DNA of 64,000 nucleotides from Octopus sinensis. Its lineage: Eukaryota. Positions 24,580-39,439 of this stretch are shown piece after piece (position 1 is the first letter of the stretch; every line of letters starts with the position of its first letter). The stretch is taken from positions 36,456,001-36,520,000 of the forward strand of contig NC_043001.1 in the NCBI RefSeq assembly GCF_006345805.1, written 5' to 3'. Under the pieces are notes generated by a model. That model saw nothing but the letters and a program-made list of their open reading frames with translations, had not been told where the DNA came from and did no database searches. The position numbers and the translations under genes are program-made.

Positions 24580-24859
24580 TGCTGGTCCAGTCTTTTCAGG
24601 AAGACAAAAAAAACAAAACAACAAAAGTGGAAACTACAACCCTATCCAACAGTGCAACCACACCTCCAGCCAAAAACTGCTCCCTAAGCAGGAAAATTCT
24701 TTTTAGCCATGTTGAACATGGCAAAAGAGATACACAAAAACATTCTAGCCATCACTCAACACCATCCTATGCTATTACCCCAGTGCACCAATTCCCCACA
24801 TTGCTGCCACTAACACACACAAAAAATCCAAGCCCCCTGCAACAGTCAAAACCAGCCAC

Positions 24860-27794
24860 TACACTAACCTCCACATTCCTACTCAATGCACAAGGTGTCA
24901 GCCCTTCCATCAATGCACAAAAATGGAAGGTCCAATTCATTGAAGACTGGGTTGGTAACCATTCACACCACATCCTTTCTTCATTCTCACTGGACCCACC
25001 TTGACAACTCCCACTTGGAAGCCGAAGTGAGAGTGAAGAATTTCACAACCATCCGCGCGGATCGTATCGGCAGGAGGAAGGGTGGAACTGCCATTTCCTG
25101 CATGATTCATTTACGGCAGATGGAAATAGTATATTCTCCAACGGCTACTGTGAATCAGTCACCGTGCACAACAAAGCCAATGACCTGACAGTAATTGAGC
25201 TCTATAGGCCGCCCCAAACACCCATACTGTGCTTTAAAGAATGCCTCAACAGCATTAAGTGCTTTATTCAACAGTGCCATTCTAGCAACATACTCATGAT
25301 GGGAGACTTCAATCTACCCTGTGTTGACTGGACTACAAACTGTTTGAAACCAAGCACTCCCGCCTCAACCGCTGACAAAAAAGCAGCAGAGTCACTTTTC
25401 GACTTTACGAATGAGTTTTTCTTGTCCTAACTTGTCCTTGCACCAACAAGACATCAGAACATTTTGGACCTAGTGTTTAGTAACCACACTAACACTATAC
25501 ATAACGTTACAGTGGAAAAAACCCTTCTTTCAGACCATGACATGGTTCTCTGTAACATGAAATTCCACCAGCCGAAAGCTAATCCTAGTGACCTTCCTCC
25601 AGCCCACCCATTTGACAACATGGATCTCCATAAAGCCAACTGGGATGCAATCAGGAACGAGCTATCAAATGTTGACTGGTCCTTTACACATACACACATC
25701 TCCACCAACCATAAAACATCTTGGCAGATCTTTGTAGACACCGTCACAGACATATGTGCAAAACACTCCCCACCAAGACCTGTGAACAAAAAGTGCAGAA
25801 TCCCCCAAAACAGAAAAACCATTATCAGAAAAATAAAAAGAACAAACAAAAAATTAACAAACTAAAGTACTGCCAACAGCAACACACACATTCGACGGCT
25901 ATCGCACTGCTTGAATCCAAAAATATAACCTCCAACAATGCATGAAGACCCTCATCAATAACCAAAGATCAGCTGAGGAGAAGTGGGCCATTGAAAAAAT
26001 CAAACTCAACCCCAAAGTGTTCTTTTCATTTGCGAGGAAACGCAGGGTCACTGTCTCCACTGTAGGCCCTCTAATTGACGAAACTGGCACTCTCCAAGAT
26101 AATGCCAAATCCATGGCCGAGATACTGCAGAAACAATACTGCTCTGTTTTCAGCAATCCTGATATGGCCGATCTGGGTTGTATCAGTGATGTCAACCCCC
26201 AACAACACTATATCGGACATAACGTTTAGTGCCCCTGATGTCTTAGCGGCGATAAACGAAATAAAACACAATTCAGCAGTAGGCCCCGATAGGTTCCCTG
26301 CTTGTGTCCTGAAGGTGTGTCGACACCAACTTGCATCTCCCCTTGCTAATCTGTGGAGAAACTCACTGGATGCTGGCTATATTCCAAAAAACCTTCTGTC
26401 CCAGTCTGTTGTCCCAGTTTTCAAAAAGGGAAACAAGTCCCTTGCAGTGAATTACTGTCCGATCTCACTCACCTCTCATATCATCAAGGTATTGAGAGGG
26501 TGGTGAGATCTCGAATAACCCAATTCTGGAAAGCAACAGACGGCTGTCTCCAACCAACATGGGTTCCGTAATGGAAGGGACTGCCTAACGCAGCTCCTGC
26601 ATCACTTTGAGGACATTTTGAGAGCTTTGGGAGAGGGCTCCAACACCGATGTCATCTACCTTGATTTCAGTAAGGCCTTCGACAGGGTCGATCACAAGAT
26701 CCTATTGAAAAAACTATCCAACATTGGTGTCTCTGGAAAGTTACTGAAAGTTACTGACAGACAGATCTCAACATGTTGTAGTTGAAGGGGTAAAATCAAG
26801 CCCAGCCAAAGTCAGTAGTGGCGTTCCGCAAGGCACTGTGCTGGGCCCACTTCTTTTCATCATTTATATTAATGACATTAATGACATCATCAAGCACAGC
26901 AACATAAAAATCTTTGCAGATGACTCCAAGCTACAGAAGGTCATAAATGAGGCGAGTGACCGGACATGCCTTCAGTCAGATCTACTGGCTGTTATCCAAT
27001 GGGAGAAAAAAAACAATATGCTGCTGAACGAGGATAAATTTGAGCTAATCCACTTTGAAAAGAGGATGCCCTGAAACTCCCATACTCCCTTCCTTCAGGT
27101 GAAACTCTCGCGGCGTCCAACAACATCAGAGACTTGGGAGTAATTGTGGACAACAACGTAAGCTGGGCCACTCATATAAACACCAAAGTTGACATGGCCC
27201 GCAGAATGTGTTCCTGGATTCTCAGAACTTTCCAGTCGAGAGATATCCACACCATTATCCTTCTCTTCTCCACTTTTGCCCGACCCCATTGAATACTGTT
27301 GTCCACTGTGGTCTCCCCACACAATACAAGGTATCATAAAAGTTGAAGCACCTCAAAGGGCAATCACAAAAAAGATAGATGGCATGACAGGCTCGACTAT
27401 TGGGGTCGACTAGAAAAGCTAAAACTCTATTCTCTCCAACGTCGTCGTGAGCGCTACATCATCTGCATGATGTGGAAAATATTCCATCAGCATTGCCCAA
27501 ATGATGTTGGCATCACCTTTAAGGTACATCCAAGGCTTGGGCCCCGTGCCATCCGCCCAAAACAAAAATCGCACTCATCTCATAACAACAATACGGCACA
27601 ATTATTTCACCTCAATTGGCCCCGCTCTCTTTAACATTACACTAAAACACATTAAAACAGAAACTGACCTTATAGGGTTCAAGAAGTCTTTGGACAGATT
27701 CCTTCAAGAAATCCCGGATAAACCCCCTACACCCGGATATGTCTCTGTAAACAATAACTCTCTACTTGAGTGGGCCATAGTGCCCAAATTCTGA
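24860..27794 (+). pseudogene. LINE ORF2 APE endonuclease + reverse transcriptase, disrupted
   Basis: Motifs distributed over ORFs 24886-25188, 25164-25430, 25464-25865, 25942-26229, 26075-26506, 26838-27074 and 27501-27794; small deletion/duplication at ~26736-26765. Confidence 0.93.
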
Positions 27795-27876
27795 CTTGAA
27801 AGACTTCACCAGGTGGTGCTATTAAGTTAGACATGGCCTGGGCCAATAATGGCCGAAACCTATCAAAGTATCAAAG

Positions 27877-27937
<61 letters not shown>

Positions 27938-28195
27938 TATATATGTACACAACACATGGATATATATTTATATATATACATAGATACACACACACATATA
28001 TATATATATGTATATAATGTATATACATATGTACACGCACATTTGTATATACATAAAGCTTCACGTATATGATGCATATGCATAGATATGCATATATAAG
28101 CATGAATATATATCTAAGTATACGTATGTCCACCTCTCTGTATCTGTATTTATCTATCTATCTTTATATATATATATTATATATATATGTGTGTG

Positions 28196-28227
<32 letters not shown>

Positions 28228-28254
28228 GTGTGTATTTTTCTCTCTCTAGTCTCC

Positions 28255-28420
28255 TTCATTTTACTACACTGTTATTACCGAGAGCCTCCTCCAATACGTG
28301 GCACTTGCTGAAGAATGGAGTTTGATGTAGCTACCCTCATTTGCACCTCTTACCGTGAGGTAGGTTCATCTGCGACTCTCAACAGAAAGACGTCCACCTT
28401 TGATTTAAAAACGCCTACAT
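28255..28420 (-). mobile_element. 3' fragment of a second CR1/L2-group LINE family
   Basis: Reverse complement matches 47230-47355 (GATGAACCTACCTCACGG.AAGAGGT.CAAATGAG...). Confidence 0.85.
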
Positions 28421-28595
28421 CTACTTTGTAATATGGAGAAATTGTGCATCATGGAGTAATTGTGCAAAATGTATAAATGGATGACGAGTAAAGCACCTAT
28501 GGTTATCCGTAGATTTACTGCAGGAACTTCGTAGTAGCGGTTGGGGCAACAATATTAATAAAATCGGAGATAGAATATGTAATAAAGTTTATTGG

Positions 28596-28635
28596 GTACA
28601 ACACGTTTCGACCCATTCTGGGTCTCTTCAGGTAC
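28596..28635 (-). ncRNA. Minimal type-I hammerhead ribozyme motif
   Basis: Minus strand GTAC-CTGAAGA-GACCC(AGAAT)GGGTC-GAAA-CGTG-TT-GTAC: intact core, perfect stems I and II; AATAAA follows within 3 nt. Confidence 0.85.
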
Positions 28636-28899
28636 ATCAATAATATGTCAACACAGAGACAGTTTATTCAAATATATTGTGTAATTTATTGTCTGGGGAG
28701 AGTCATTCTTTTTTAGGGCCTTATTATTTGATCACACTCACTGGTTCGATTTCCACTTATTTAGTTATTTATTTTTTTCTAAAAGTTTCGTCGCATCAAA
28801 GTTTATATATACACAGGTAGAGTTGTTAGTAGCTTGTTATGTAGACGTATATGTGTGTGTGTATGTAAGCTCGTGTGTGTGTGTACGTAAATGGATATG

Positions 28900-28957
28900 T
28901 AAGCAAACAGATAGATAGATAGACAGACAGATAGATAGATAGATAGATAGATAGACC

Positions 28958-29015
<58 letters not shown>

Positions 29016-29035
29016 AAGATAGATAGGGAGGTACA
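28900..29035. repeat. (GATA)n microsatellite
   Basis: Direct inspection. Confidence 0.97.
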
Positions 29036-29322
29036 TAGATAATACAGACAGACAAGCACGCACACGCATACACGCATACATTAATGAAGACTGAAACACA
29101 TGACCATATACACAGATGCACACTTCACACACACGCATAAGGACACATATGGAGACACACATCCATACATAACAGACGCAACTACATAGTCACACAAACC
29201 CATACACATAGACACATTCAAACACGTACACACGCACAAATACACACATTCATACAAACACACAAATATAAACACAAACTCATGAATATGCAGAAAACAT
29301 ACATATATGCATACATACAAAT

Positions 29323-29389
<67 letters not shown>

Positions 29390-29392
<3 letters not shown>

Positions 29393-29542
29393 GACAGGCC
29401 TCTTTCAGTTTCCGTCTACCAAATCCACTTACAAGGCTTTGGTCGGCCCGAGGCTATAGTGGGAGATACTTGCCCAAGGGACTGAACCCGGAACCATGTG
29501 GTTGGTAAGCAAGCTACTTACCACACAACCACTCCTACGCCT
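29390..29542 (-). mobile_element. tRNA/CORE SINE head
   Basis: Homologous to 16058-16225, with a small deletion. Confidence 0.9.
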
Positions 29543-29614
29543 ATGTTGATTCGTTAGCTACTGCACGCATTTTTTTTCTCTCCTTCTTTCTGTGTTTTTT
29601 TTTCTCTCTGTGTA

Positions 29615-29652
29615 TCTTTCTGTTGAAGAGCGTAGGCTCGAAACGTTAAAGA
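29615..29652 (+). ncRNA. Hammerhead-like motif with variant CUGUUGA core, in a PLE pLTR-like fragment (29545-29745)
   Basis: TCTTT-CTGTTGA-A-GAGC(GTAG)GCTC-GAAA-CG-TT-AAAGA; stems I and II perfect. Confidence 0.65.
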
Positions 29653-30113
29653 CTTGTTTTATTTATATTTCCTGAGCGCCATACTAATACAATTGTTCGT
29701 TTGTTTTCCACCTGCCTTCGTCTTTTGTCTATTTTCATAAAGCTTCCCGTTATATATATATACATATATACATATATATACATATATACATATATACATA
29801 TATACATATATAATATATATATATTTATGCATACACACACATACATACATTTGTGTATACACATGCACACTGACGCATGCGCACAAACAAACAAACGAAA
29901 ACAACGCACCTCTGATAACGAGCTATTGATAAGGGTTCAAGAAGCAACGAAATTTTCAGAAAAAAAAAAATAACTAATTGAGTGGAATTTGAACCGGTGA
30001 GTGTGTTAAATAGTAAGGCACTAAAAGCGAATGACACAATAAAATATGCTTCAACACACGAATTCACATAAAGAATCTTGCAAATCAAATACAAATACGA
30101 AATATATATATAT

Positions 30114-30340
30114 TTTACTACCCATAAGGGGCTAAACATAGAGGGGACAAACAAGGACAGACAAACGGATTAAATCGATTACATCAACCCCAGTGCGTAA
30201 CTGGTACTTAATTTATCGACCCCGAAAGGATGAAAGGTAAAGTCGACCTCGGCGGAATTTGAACTCAGAACGTAACGGCAGACGAAATACGGCTACGCAT
30301 TTCTCCCGGCGGGCTTACGTTTCTGCCAGCTCGCCGCCTT
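30114..30340 (-). mobile_element. SINE family A, full length
   Basis: Head GGCGGCGAGCTGGCAG, B-box-like GAGTTCAAATTCC, conserved central domain, tail GCCCCTTATGGGTAGTAAA. Confidence 0.92.
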
Positions 30341-30769
30341 CTATATACGAAATATAGTTTAGTGTTATTAGTAGCTGACCATTAGAACGTGCTTGACGTC
30401 ACCATGTATGCTGCCCTTTAAATCAGATTTTATCTTGTCCAAGCATATTATCTTCTCTCGCTCTCTCAATCATTTTCTAGCTACCGAAAAAATATGTTCT
30501 CGTATCTTACGCCGTTTTCGTACAATCGCTATTTGGATTCTACTGCTTGCTCGTGTTCTACTCTCATACATATATATTGATTCCACCCTTCAATGAACGT
30601 TACAATTAATATCTTCAGGAGAACTTCAGCCTCGGAAACTTCGCTCTGACCTCTTTGTTTTTTAACCTGTGGCTGTCAGCTTCCATTTCTCCTTGGGGAT
30701 GTATTTAACAGTGTTGCTATCACCGGTTTCAGAGAGATCATTATACATGCATGCATTCATAAATACATG

Positions 30770-30881
<112 letters not shown>

Positions 30882-31173
30882 ACAGAGAGAGAGTTTATGT
30901 ATAAACATCAAAAATATATCTACTGTAATTTTGAGTTCACTTAATGGTGAGTCTATAACTTTCCAATAATTCCAGAGGGAAAGAAACTTTGCCTGTACCT
31001 ATACTAACATATATGTGTGTATATGTGTGTGTTGTGTGTGTATGTAAGTATGCATGTATGTACGTATGAATGTATGTATGTATGTATATGTATAGTGCGT
31101 TAGGTGTGATATGTCTGTGTGTTTGTATGTCTATACACACAGGCGCTCATATCTACATACACACACACACAAA

Positions 31174-31217
<44 letters not shown>

Positions 31218-31526
31218 TTTGTTGAATGTATTGCATTTTTACCAAAATGCATGAGGTACTAGGATTTCATGTGCATCTTTATTATAAATTGAAAGAGAAA
31301 GCTATGAACAGAATCTGCACGTTATGGTTAAATTTGCATGTCTTCAGAATTATAAAATGTGTATGTGTGTGCATGTGTATATATATATATATATATGTGT
31401 GTGTATGTCTGTACCTATATTTGTGTATGACTTATAAGTGTGAATATTCGTGTGTGTATCCGTGTATTTATATATTGTACAACATACGTATTCTTACACA
31501 GAACATAAATTTACTTGTTTGTTTGA

Positions 31527-31567
<41 letters not shown>

Positions 31568-32382
31568 TGTGAGCGTGTCTGTGAATGAGTGTGTCTGGAT
31601 GAATGTGAGTGTTTGAATGAGAAAGAGAGAGAGAGACAAGGGGGAAGGAGTGAGAGTTCGATGCTTTGGTTGTGTTATTCGCATACTTTGATATTACTGT
31701 TGTCGGTCAATTCCAATCAGTTATTTGAAAGGTGATCGATTGGAACATTCCATTGACCTTTCTAAATGTAGCAGGAGTATCTTATTTATAAACCATGTTG
31801 TCCTAAGATTCAGGATTTTAAACACGGAACTTCCATCTTAAAGACGTTAAGAATTCTCTCCACAAAAATTTGGTTACTATACTAAATAGATAGCAGTTCA
31901 GCTTAGCTGTTCCGTTTCTGTGATGTTTGTGAAAGTAAATATTGTCTTTATTTTTATATTATTTCCATTAATGGATGTGCAGCTGTTTCAAATGTTATCT
32001 CTGTTTTTCGTGATTGTTTACACGTATGTTGTCTCTGTGATCAAATGTATGCTGTCAGATAATTGACATCCACGGTACGTTTGGGATTGCATTGTATTAT
32101 CTGTTATCAAAGTTAATCAAATCTGTGTTTAGTGGATAAAATAACACGGCCAATTTCCTTAAATTTCTAACAAAAACCGGAGAAAATGAAAAACAAGTAG
32201 CACGGAGATTACACGGAGATTGAAATAACAGTAACAATGCAATGAAGAAAATATATAACCAGCATCTAGAAAAATAATACTTAGAAAAATGACAAGGAAA
32301 AAGGCAGCACAAGGAACAATATTTGAAGAAGAATATTCAGCCTTAACATGAGCGGCAGTAGAATATCAATTCTATATACATA

Positions 32383-32592
32383 AGGCGGCGAGCTGGCAGA
32401 ACCGTTTGCACGCCGAGCGAAATGCTTAGCGGTACGTTCTGAGTTCAAATTCCGCCGAGGTCGACTTCGCCTTTCATCCTTTCGGGGTCGATTAAATAAG
32501 TACCAGTTACGCACTGGGGTCGATGTAATCGACTTAATCCCTTTGTCTGTCCTTGTTTGTCCCCCTCTATGTCTAGCCCCTTGTGGGCAAGA
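32383..32592 (+). mobile_element. SINE family A, full length
   Basis: Same consensus as 30114-30340. Confidence 0.92.
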
Positions 32593-32603
32593 AATATATC
32601 AAT

Positions 32604-32641
<38 letters not shown>

Positions 32642-33007
32642 ATATATATTATATATATATATATTATATATATATATATAATATAATATAAATATATATT
32701 ATACATATATATATATATATGCATACATACATATATATGTCTTGTTTTCCGTTTGTCTCTTCCATTGTTAGCAAAAAAGCTCGTATTCCATGTTTTCGTA
32801 TTTCCTATATTACGTTGCTTTCGTATTTCATGTTGCTCACGTTTTGTGGTGTCCTGTGCCCATATATGCATGTGTATAAACATATATATGTATGTACATA
32901 TATGTGTGCATGCATATATATTTATATTTTATTTATTTATTTATCTTATTTACATTATTATATGATTGAACGCGACGCATCCATTTCCAAGTAAGTTTTA
33001 TCCATGT

Positions 33008-33062
<55 letters not shown>

Positions 33063-33081
33063 TATCTATCTATCTATCTAT

Positions 33082-33118
<37 letters not shown>

Positions 33119-35657
33119 TTATCTCTCTCTCACTCTCTCTCTCTCACTCTCTCTCCTCTCTCTCTCTCTCTTTCTCTCTCTTTGTATATATATATATATA
33201 TATATATATACACGAGGGAACAATTTGATAGAATGATATAATTATAACAGCTATATAGATTTGACCGTCCTCTTTCTTAACAACGACAAATAAATACATA
33301 ACAACCACGTTTACAATACGACCAGCTGGTTATTTATTAATCACTTGATTAAAACAACGTTGCAGGTTTTTAAAAAAATTGACAAGACTAGCAACAACAG
33401 TGAAGTGTGAATAAAGCCAAGATGAATGTCAATTTAAACGAGGTTTTAATTTACTAAATGTACGACTGACATAAACTGAAAGTTGTGGTGATTTATAGTT
33501 TACAATCGTATTAGGTAACAAATTGCTGCATCGCGTGGAGACACAAATTGTTCTGCTTCTTGCCGTCAATCACCTTTTTGCAAATATTCAAACTCCAACC
33601 CACACATGAAAGCGATAGTCGTTCAATATTATCTGACAAATATGTCTTAAGTGCCAGCCAGCCTATCGAAGTGTTTAGCTCGTTAGAATTCACATTACTT
33701 TGTCAAATGTATTGCTTATTTATATACACCATTTTGAATTAATTATGCATTATCTTGATTCGGTTGGATTTTAATGATGTGACTGTTATTTTTAGAATGT
33801 CGGCTTGGTGTGAGAGGCCTGATCTGACCCATTTTTGAGAATAAAATGGGTGGAATATTTTTGCTGGATATAGACGGTTTAGATACTAGAGTGTATTTTT
33901 TACCTTTGATTATCATGTAAAGCGTCAGCATTTTCGGTGACAGAAGTAGGGATTTTAACTCCAGATACCCAAAGACAGAACAGTCGACCAGTCCGACTGT
34001 TCATCTAACAATTTCATCAATCTATCACCCTGTTTGTTCTTTATTTATTGACCCTGGTGTCATTTGAAATGAGAGCACGATGAGTGGAAACAAACACCAC
34101 AAAATATTCTATTAATCCTACGAATTTAGCATTTGTTCTATTGTTTTATAACGGAGCATTATCTATATGAAATTATTACATGCTTAAACCTCCACCAATG
34201 TAAATCTATATCTATACAATATTCCCGGTAACAATATCTCATATCAATTACTTTATATATAATCACATAATATATAAAAGTCACGCGCAGCCATATCTTT
34301 CAATAGGCCTTTTTCATGTTAATAGAACGACGTGACCAAAATTACGTCCATGGTTCATCAAGTGGATATGATTGATCTGACACCTACATCAGGAATCAGG
34401 GTAGATAAATCAAATCGATTTTCAGAAGTATTGCTACCTTCAGTTCAACACACTCATTACCATAACTTCAGACTTATCTCAGATTATCTCCTGATTGGTT
34501 TTCGTTTGTAATTGCTACGATATTTTCGAGTCTACTGGAAAGACGAATGTGAGCATAATGCAGATTTTATTCTTATAGTTAAACTTCTTAGGTTAAAAGG
34601 TAATCCTTATTTTGGATATACATCCACAGCAGAACCGAGGCAAGCAAGATTAACATGCTCGTTCTTGTAGCTGCATTTCGAGAAAAGACGAATGGATGCC
34701 CATATGTTGAGTATGTGAATGTACACGTGAATAGAAGCGAATGCAAAATACTAGGAAAAAAACCTGATTCTCACGCAGAGAACAGTAAATATAAAACTTC
34801 GGATATAAAGTTCAAAAGTAACAAAATCTAAAGAAACTCGATGTAGTTTTTGCGAGTAAGAATTATACAATGAAATCAGAAGCTGAAACCTCAGAGATGT
34901 CTCTCATACCCCAACCCACTGGATGTCAATTTATCTAAATTTATGAGCTACAAAACCATAATACAGAAAAGGGTCTTAGATCTCGTCAACAAAATCACCA
35001 TTGTAAACTGAACTAATAGTTTTTAATGTTTCAAATAATTTAAGCGACAGAATCTTACAATACGGTAACAAATACTTCAATACAAGATAAATCACTAGAC
35101 AGAAGTAAAGAATCCGAAAGAACGAAAGATTTATTTGACCAGCTAGAATCAGCAACTAAATTTTCAATATTACTATATTTTTGGAAATTGAATAGAATGG
35201 TAGAGGTTCTGAGTGACTTAATCATCCGTCTGCTTAATCAGGTTTGGCCTGAGGCAACAACAACAGAAACATCAAAACAAAGAAACCACAAACAGAGTTT
35301 TGAACATGAAAGAAATGCACCCTATATGTAGGAGAGACGAATATCTATTTTTCTTCATAAAACTCATAAAACTTACAACAAGCATGCCTTATATCCAATC
35401 ATAGACCAGCACTAATCACGTTGGAAAATAAATTAAACAGCAAAGAAGCCAAAAGTAACAGAGTAAATAAACATATACATTTTTTCTTCTTTAAATTCTT
35501 AAGCAGGAAAAGTAATTCTCAAAAATTAAATGATTTTTAAAAATAAACTGTTCTCGTTGAAGCCTGAAGGCCGACAGAAAAGTATTCAAAATTCAATATT
35601 AGTAGCAGCAATATTTCTAGATACATCGTGCAACATTTCATGTATATAAATGCATAT

Positions 35658-35743
<86 letters not shown>

Positions 35744-36840
35744 ACACGCACGTAGACATTTCACGATTCCAGATGATTTGAAGTAATAAGATTATTTATT
35801 TTATTCAACTGACTGGTTTTAATATGTCTAAAAAAATTCTAACGAAAATGATTATTATAGATACGAAATTAGAATGTTTAACTAGCTGCTGAATCTAACG
35901 TTGAATTTCAAGTCTTTCGATCAACCTTCGGGCCTCATCTAGCACAGATGATTTTGTAAATCACTCCGTTTTCAAAAAGTAAATTTAATGACGAAAACTG
36001 TTAAATAAGATAACATCAAATTTTACTAATCTAAAATATCATTTAAAAAACGTCATCGACCAAAGACAACATGTCTGCAAACCGGTGAATAACCTTGTTG
36101 TGGCTGATATATTTTATAAATTCTGATGCAAGTATGTGATTTGTAAACTTTATAACACTTGATATAAGCCATTTAATTATCAAATTTTCTAGCAAGCTAA
36201 CAATGGATCTACATCTAAATTCATTGTCAGGGATTCACTATATAAAACAGTACCAGACACAGGATAAGTATCTTACGAAAAATCCTCATAGAATAACTCG
36301 TGGGTTGGCCGTAACATTTATATTAATTGAGAAATGGCTGTAAGATTCTAACACCTGTGACCACGGTCAGTCTATTGACTCCTTCATGAAGAAGCTTCAA
36401 ATCAGAAGCGAAAAGAATTCACGTCAGAGGATAGAGAAACTCTAAAAGATAATTCCATTAGTGATTATTATGAAAAAAAATCTGAATAAAACTACCAAAA
36501 GAATAATTTAAACCTGAAAATGAAAAGGAAGCCAATATAGGTCTTGAAATATTTTCCTAACAAGATAAAAAGTATCATCTACAAAATGTAAAATATTCTT
36601 CAAATACAAAGCCATGGAAACTGGAAAGTTTTATGACAGCTAATCTGAAAGGATTAAAAAATTTTTCTCATTTCCAAGGCTGATATAAAATATTATATTC
36701 CTCTAACATTTGGGAAAAATTAGTTTCAAATTTAAATACATAAAATAGCATACTTTTAGTGTGATTTTTGTAGGTAAGGCCAGAATAATCTTCTCTTTGA
36801 GTTATTTATCAAATATTTAAACCGGCTTCATTTTACTTAA

Positions 36841-37075
36841 TTACCTGTTACCTTGTTTTAGTCATTGGATATTGCAAGCATACTGAGGTGCCGCCTAAGT
36901 AATCGACCTAAGAAATGATTTTTTTCTTTTTTTAAGTCTGGCACATATTCGATTGACCTGTATTGTCGAGCCGCTATGTTACGGGGATGTAAACAAACCA
37001 ATAGCAGTTGTCAAGCCGTAGGACGGACAAACATAAATGCGAAGACACACACATACATATGTACATACACACACA

Positions 37076-37124
<49 letters not shown>

Positions 37125-37125
37125 T

Positions 37126-37156
<31 letters not shown>

Positions 37157-37310
37157 GATGCGCTTCTATGCAGTTTCCGTCAACTAAATTCCCTCACAAC
37201 TCATTTGTCGGCCCGAGGCTTTAAAAGAAGGCATTTGCCGAAGGCACCGTGTAGTGGAACTGGACTCCAAACCACGTAATTGTAAAGCAAGCTTCTTAAA
37301 CACACGACCA
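36841..37310 (-). mobile_element. Diverged composite SINE (tail 36841-37030, (TA)n, head 37160-37310)
   Basis: Homologous to 15765-16225. Confidence 0.75.
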
Positions 37311-37948
37311 TCAATAATACACTTCACACAATGCATTGCATCAACTGTTTACAATAAACTTGACTGGAGAGTTAAGTTTCTACCAAGACGGAACACATTG
37401 CCAATGGCTAACTTTAACAAGAAACTTGTACCAACAGAAAAGTTAAAGATGACACTAGCATTTGAAATAGCTGACTACAAGGAGATACACGGATACGTGT
37501 GTATATGTGTGTTTATATGGTTTGTATGAGTGTATGTATGCATATGAATGCGCGAGTGTGGCTTTATCTTTAAATGTTTACACACTTCTTGATCAATTGT
37601 CACTGAATCGTTTATTTATTGGTGGCCATCGTTAGCTAGATTATACAGGCCATTTCTTGATTTTAGAAGATTATAAAGTGCCCCACTATTGAATTTTTAA
37701 TACAAATAATACCAAAATTTCCAGACTAATCTCAGGCATTTTTATTTTTTACTTGGTTCCAAAGAACGCACCAGAAATATTTCAAAAATGGCCCTTAATG
37801 AAATTTAAATTTAAATGAAGAATTTCATTTGAAAGACATGTTTGAATCGTAAGACAGATTTAACGAGAAGAATGATGAAGAGGTTGAGTGGAAGAAAGTA
37901 AAAAATTACCGAGACTGAATAAGGAAGAAAGGAAGAGAAAAAGAAAGC

Positions 37949-37986
<38 letters not shown>

Positions 37987-39390
37987 ATTTGTTTCTGTGT
38001 GTATGAGAGTGTAACCGAATGAGAAAACGAGCGACTGAAAGATGTGAAATAGTTTTTGATATGACGTTTTTAAAAAATATAAAACTAAAAAGAAGACAAA
38101 AAATATTAAAAGAAGCAATGGAAGAAGTTAAGAAACGATTAAATTTGTATTAGGTCTAATCATGATATTTTGTTAAGGATTAAAATAGTTTGGAACTATC
38201 TGGACATTTTTCGTTTTATTTTGTTGATGTTTCAAAAAATTATATTCGATCTACAAATAAAATAAGATAAATTTTCAAATATTAAGAACAAAATCTAGAT
38301 TGTTGTAGAGGAAAGAAATTCCATCATGTCATCTATGAAATTTGGATATTCCCAGTGGAAGTTGGACGGTTAAACTTTCATCCAATTCTTCCATATTTTT
38401 TCCTTTTTCTTTTCAAATTTTGAAAGATATGACGGCTACTGTGGAGGGTAGGGGGCTTTGCGATGTCGTCTTGTTATTTCTGTTATTTAAGAGAACAAAT
38501 CTTTGGTGACACAAAAGCTTCCTTTGCAGAAATCAGAATTCGGCGATAATTTTATTACTATCCTTCTCATCAGTACGTTAAAATGGAATTGGAAAATCAA
38601 GCGAAAGACAAAAAGAGCAAAAGATGGAAAGAAAAAAAAAACACTCATACAAAAAATATACAAAAATGAAATGAGAAAGCCAAGGAAAGGGGGCAAGGTA
38701 TGAAGAATCCACTGTCACTTACAGCAACAATAAGATGAACAATGATTGCAAATATGAAGTTAAATTATATAAAAGATTCGAACAAGGCTTAAATTAAATT
38801 TTAAAAGTTTCAACTAATGGGACAGCATTTGGCGAAGAGATTAAATATAGGGTTAAACTAAAATCTCATATCGCTTTTTGCTTTATAGCGATTATTTCAT
38901 TTTAAATTTGATTTTCTGGTCGAAAAAGCCATCTATTACACTATGTTACAAAATGTTAAGCCCCCCTCTCCTCTTCCACTCCAACTTCCAAAGCTTTCTG
39001 TATTCTCTGCTCTTCTTTTACTCTCCCATAGTTACATTCTAATCCATTTCTCTTCCCTTCTATTTCTTATCTGTATCTATTTCACTGCTTTCTCTTTCTC
39101 TAGCACTTCCACTCCCACACACACATTTTATAAGCCGATGTTACTGTATGCGTGTTTGTATACACACATACACACACATGCACACAGACACAGACACAGA
39201 CACACACACACACACACACGTATATACATATATACATATATGTGCGTGTATGTCTGTGTTTGCTTGTATGAATGCGTTGATTAGTGTGTCTGCTATGTAT
39301 GTGTGTGTAGGGACTATGTGTGTGGGTACGTGTGCGTGTAAGCTGGTGCGTGGGTGTAGGCTGGTGGCATTATATACACACACACACACA

Positions 39391-39439
<49 letters not shown>

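Larger units (their letters stand above)
23400..27878 (+). mobile_element. Near-full-length, decayed CR1/L2-group LINE (ORF1 + APE-RT ORF2)
   Basis: APE motifs (LLNAQG, ADRIGRRKGG, YRPP, MGDFNLP, LDLVF, SDH); RT motifs (GPD, PVFKKG, PISLTS, QHGFR, YLDFSKAFD, GVPQGTVLGPLLF, FADD); stop at 27794; tail ...CATGGCC...GGCCGAAACC(TATCAAAG)2 running into (TA)n. Multiple frameshifts and stops; the 5' boundary is approximate. Confidence 0.95.

Noticed and set aside
35330-36700. Possible ancient PLE RT traces (IYF.LHKTHK...YPII; LYKTVPDTG)
   Set aside because: Only two short, frameshifted motif resemblances; too weak to annotate.
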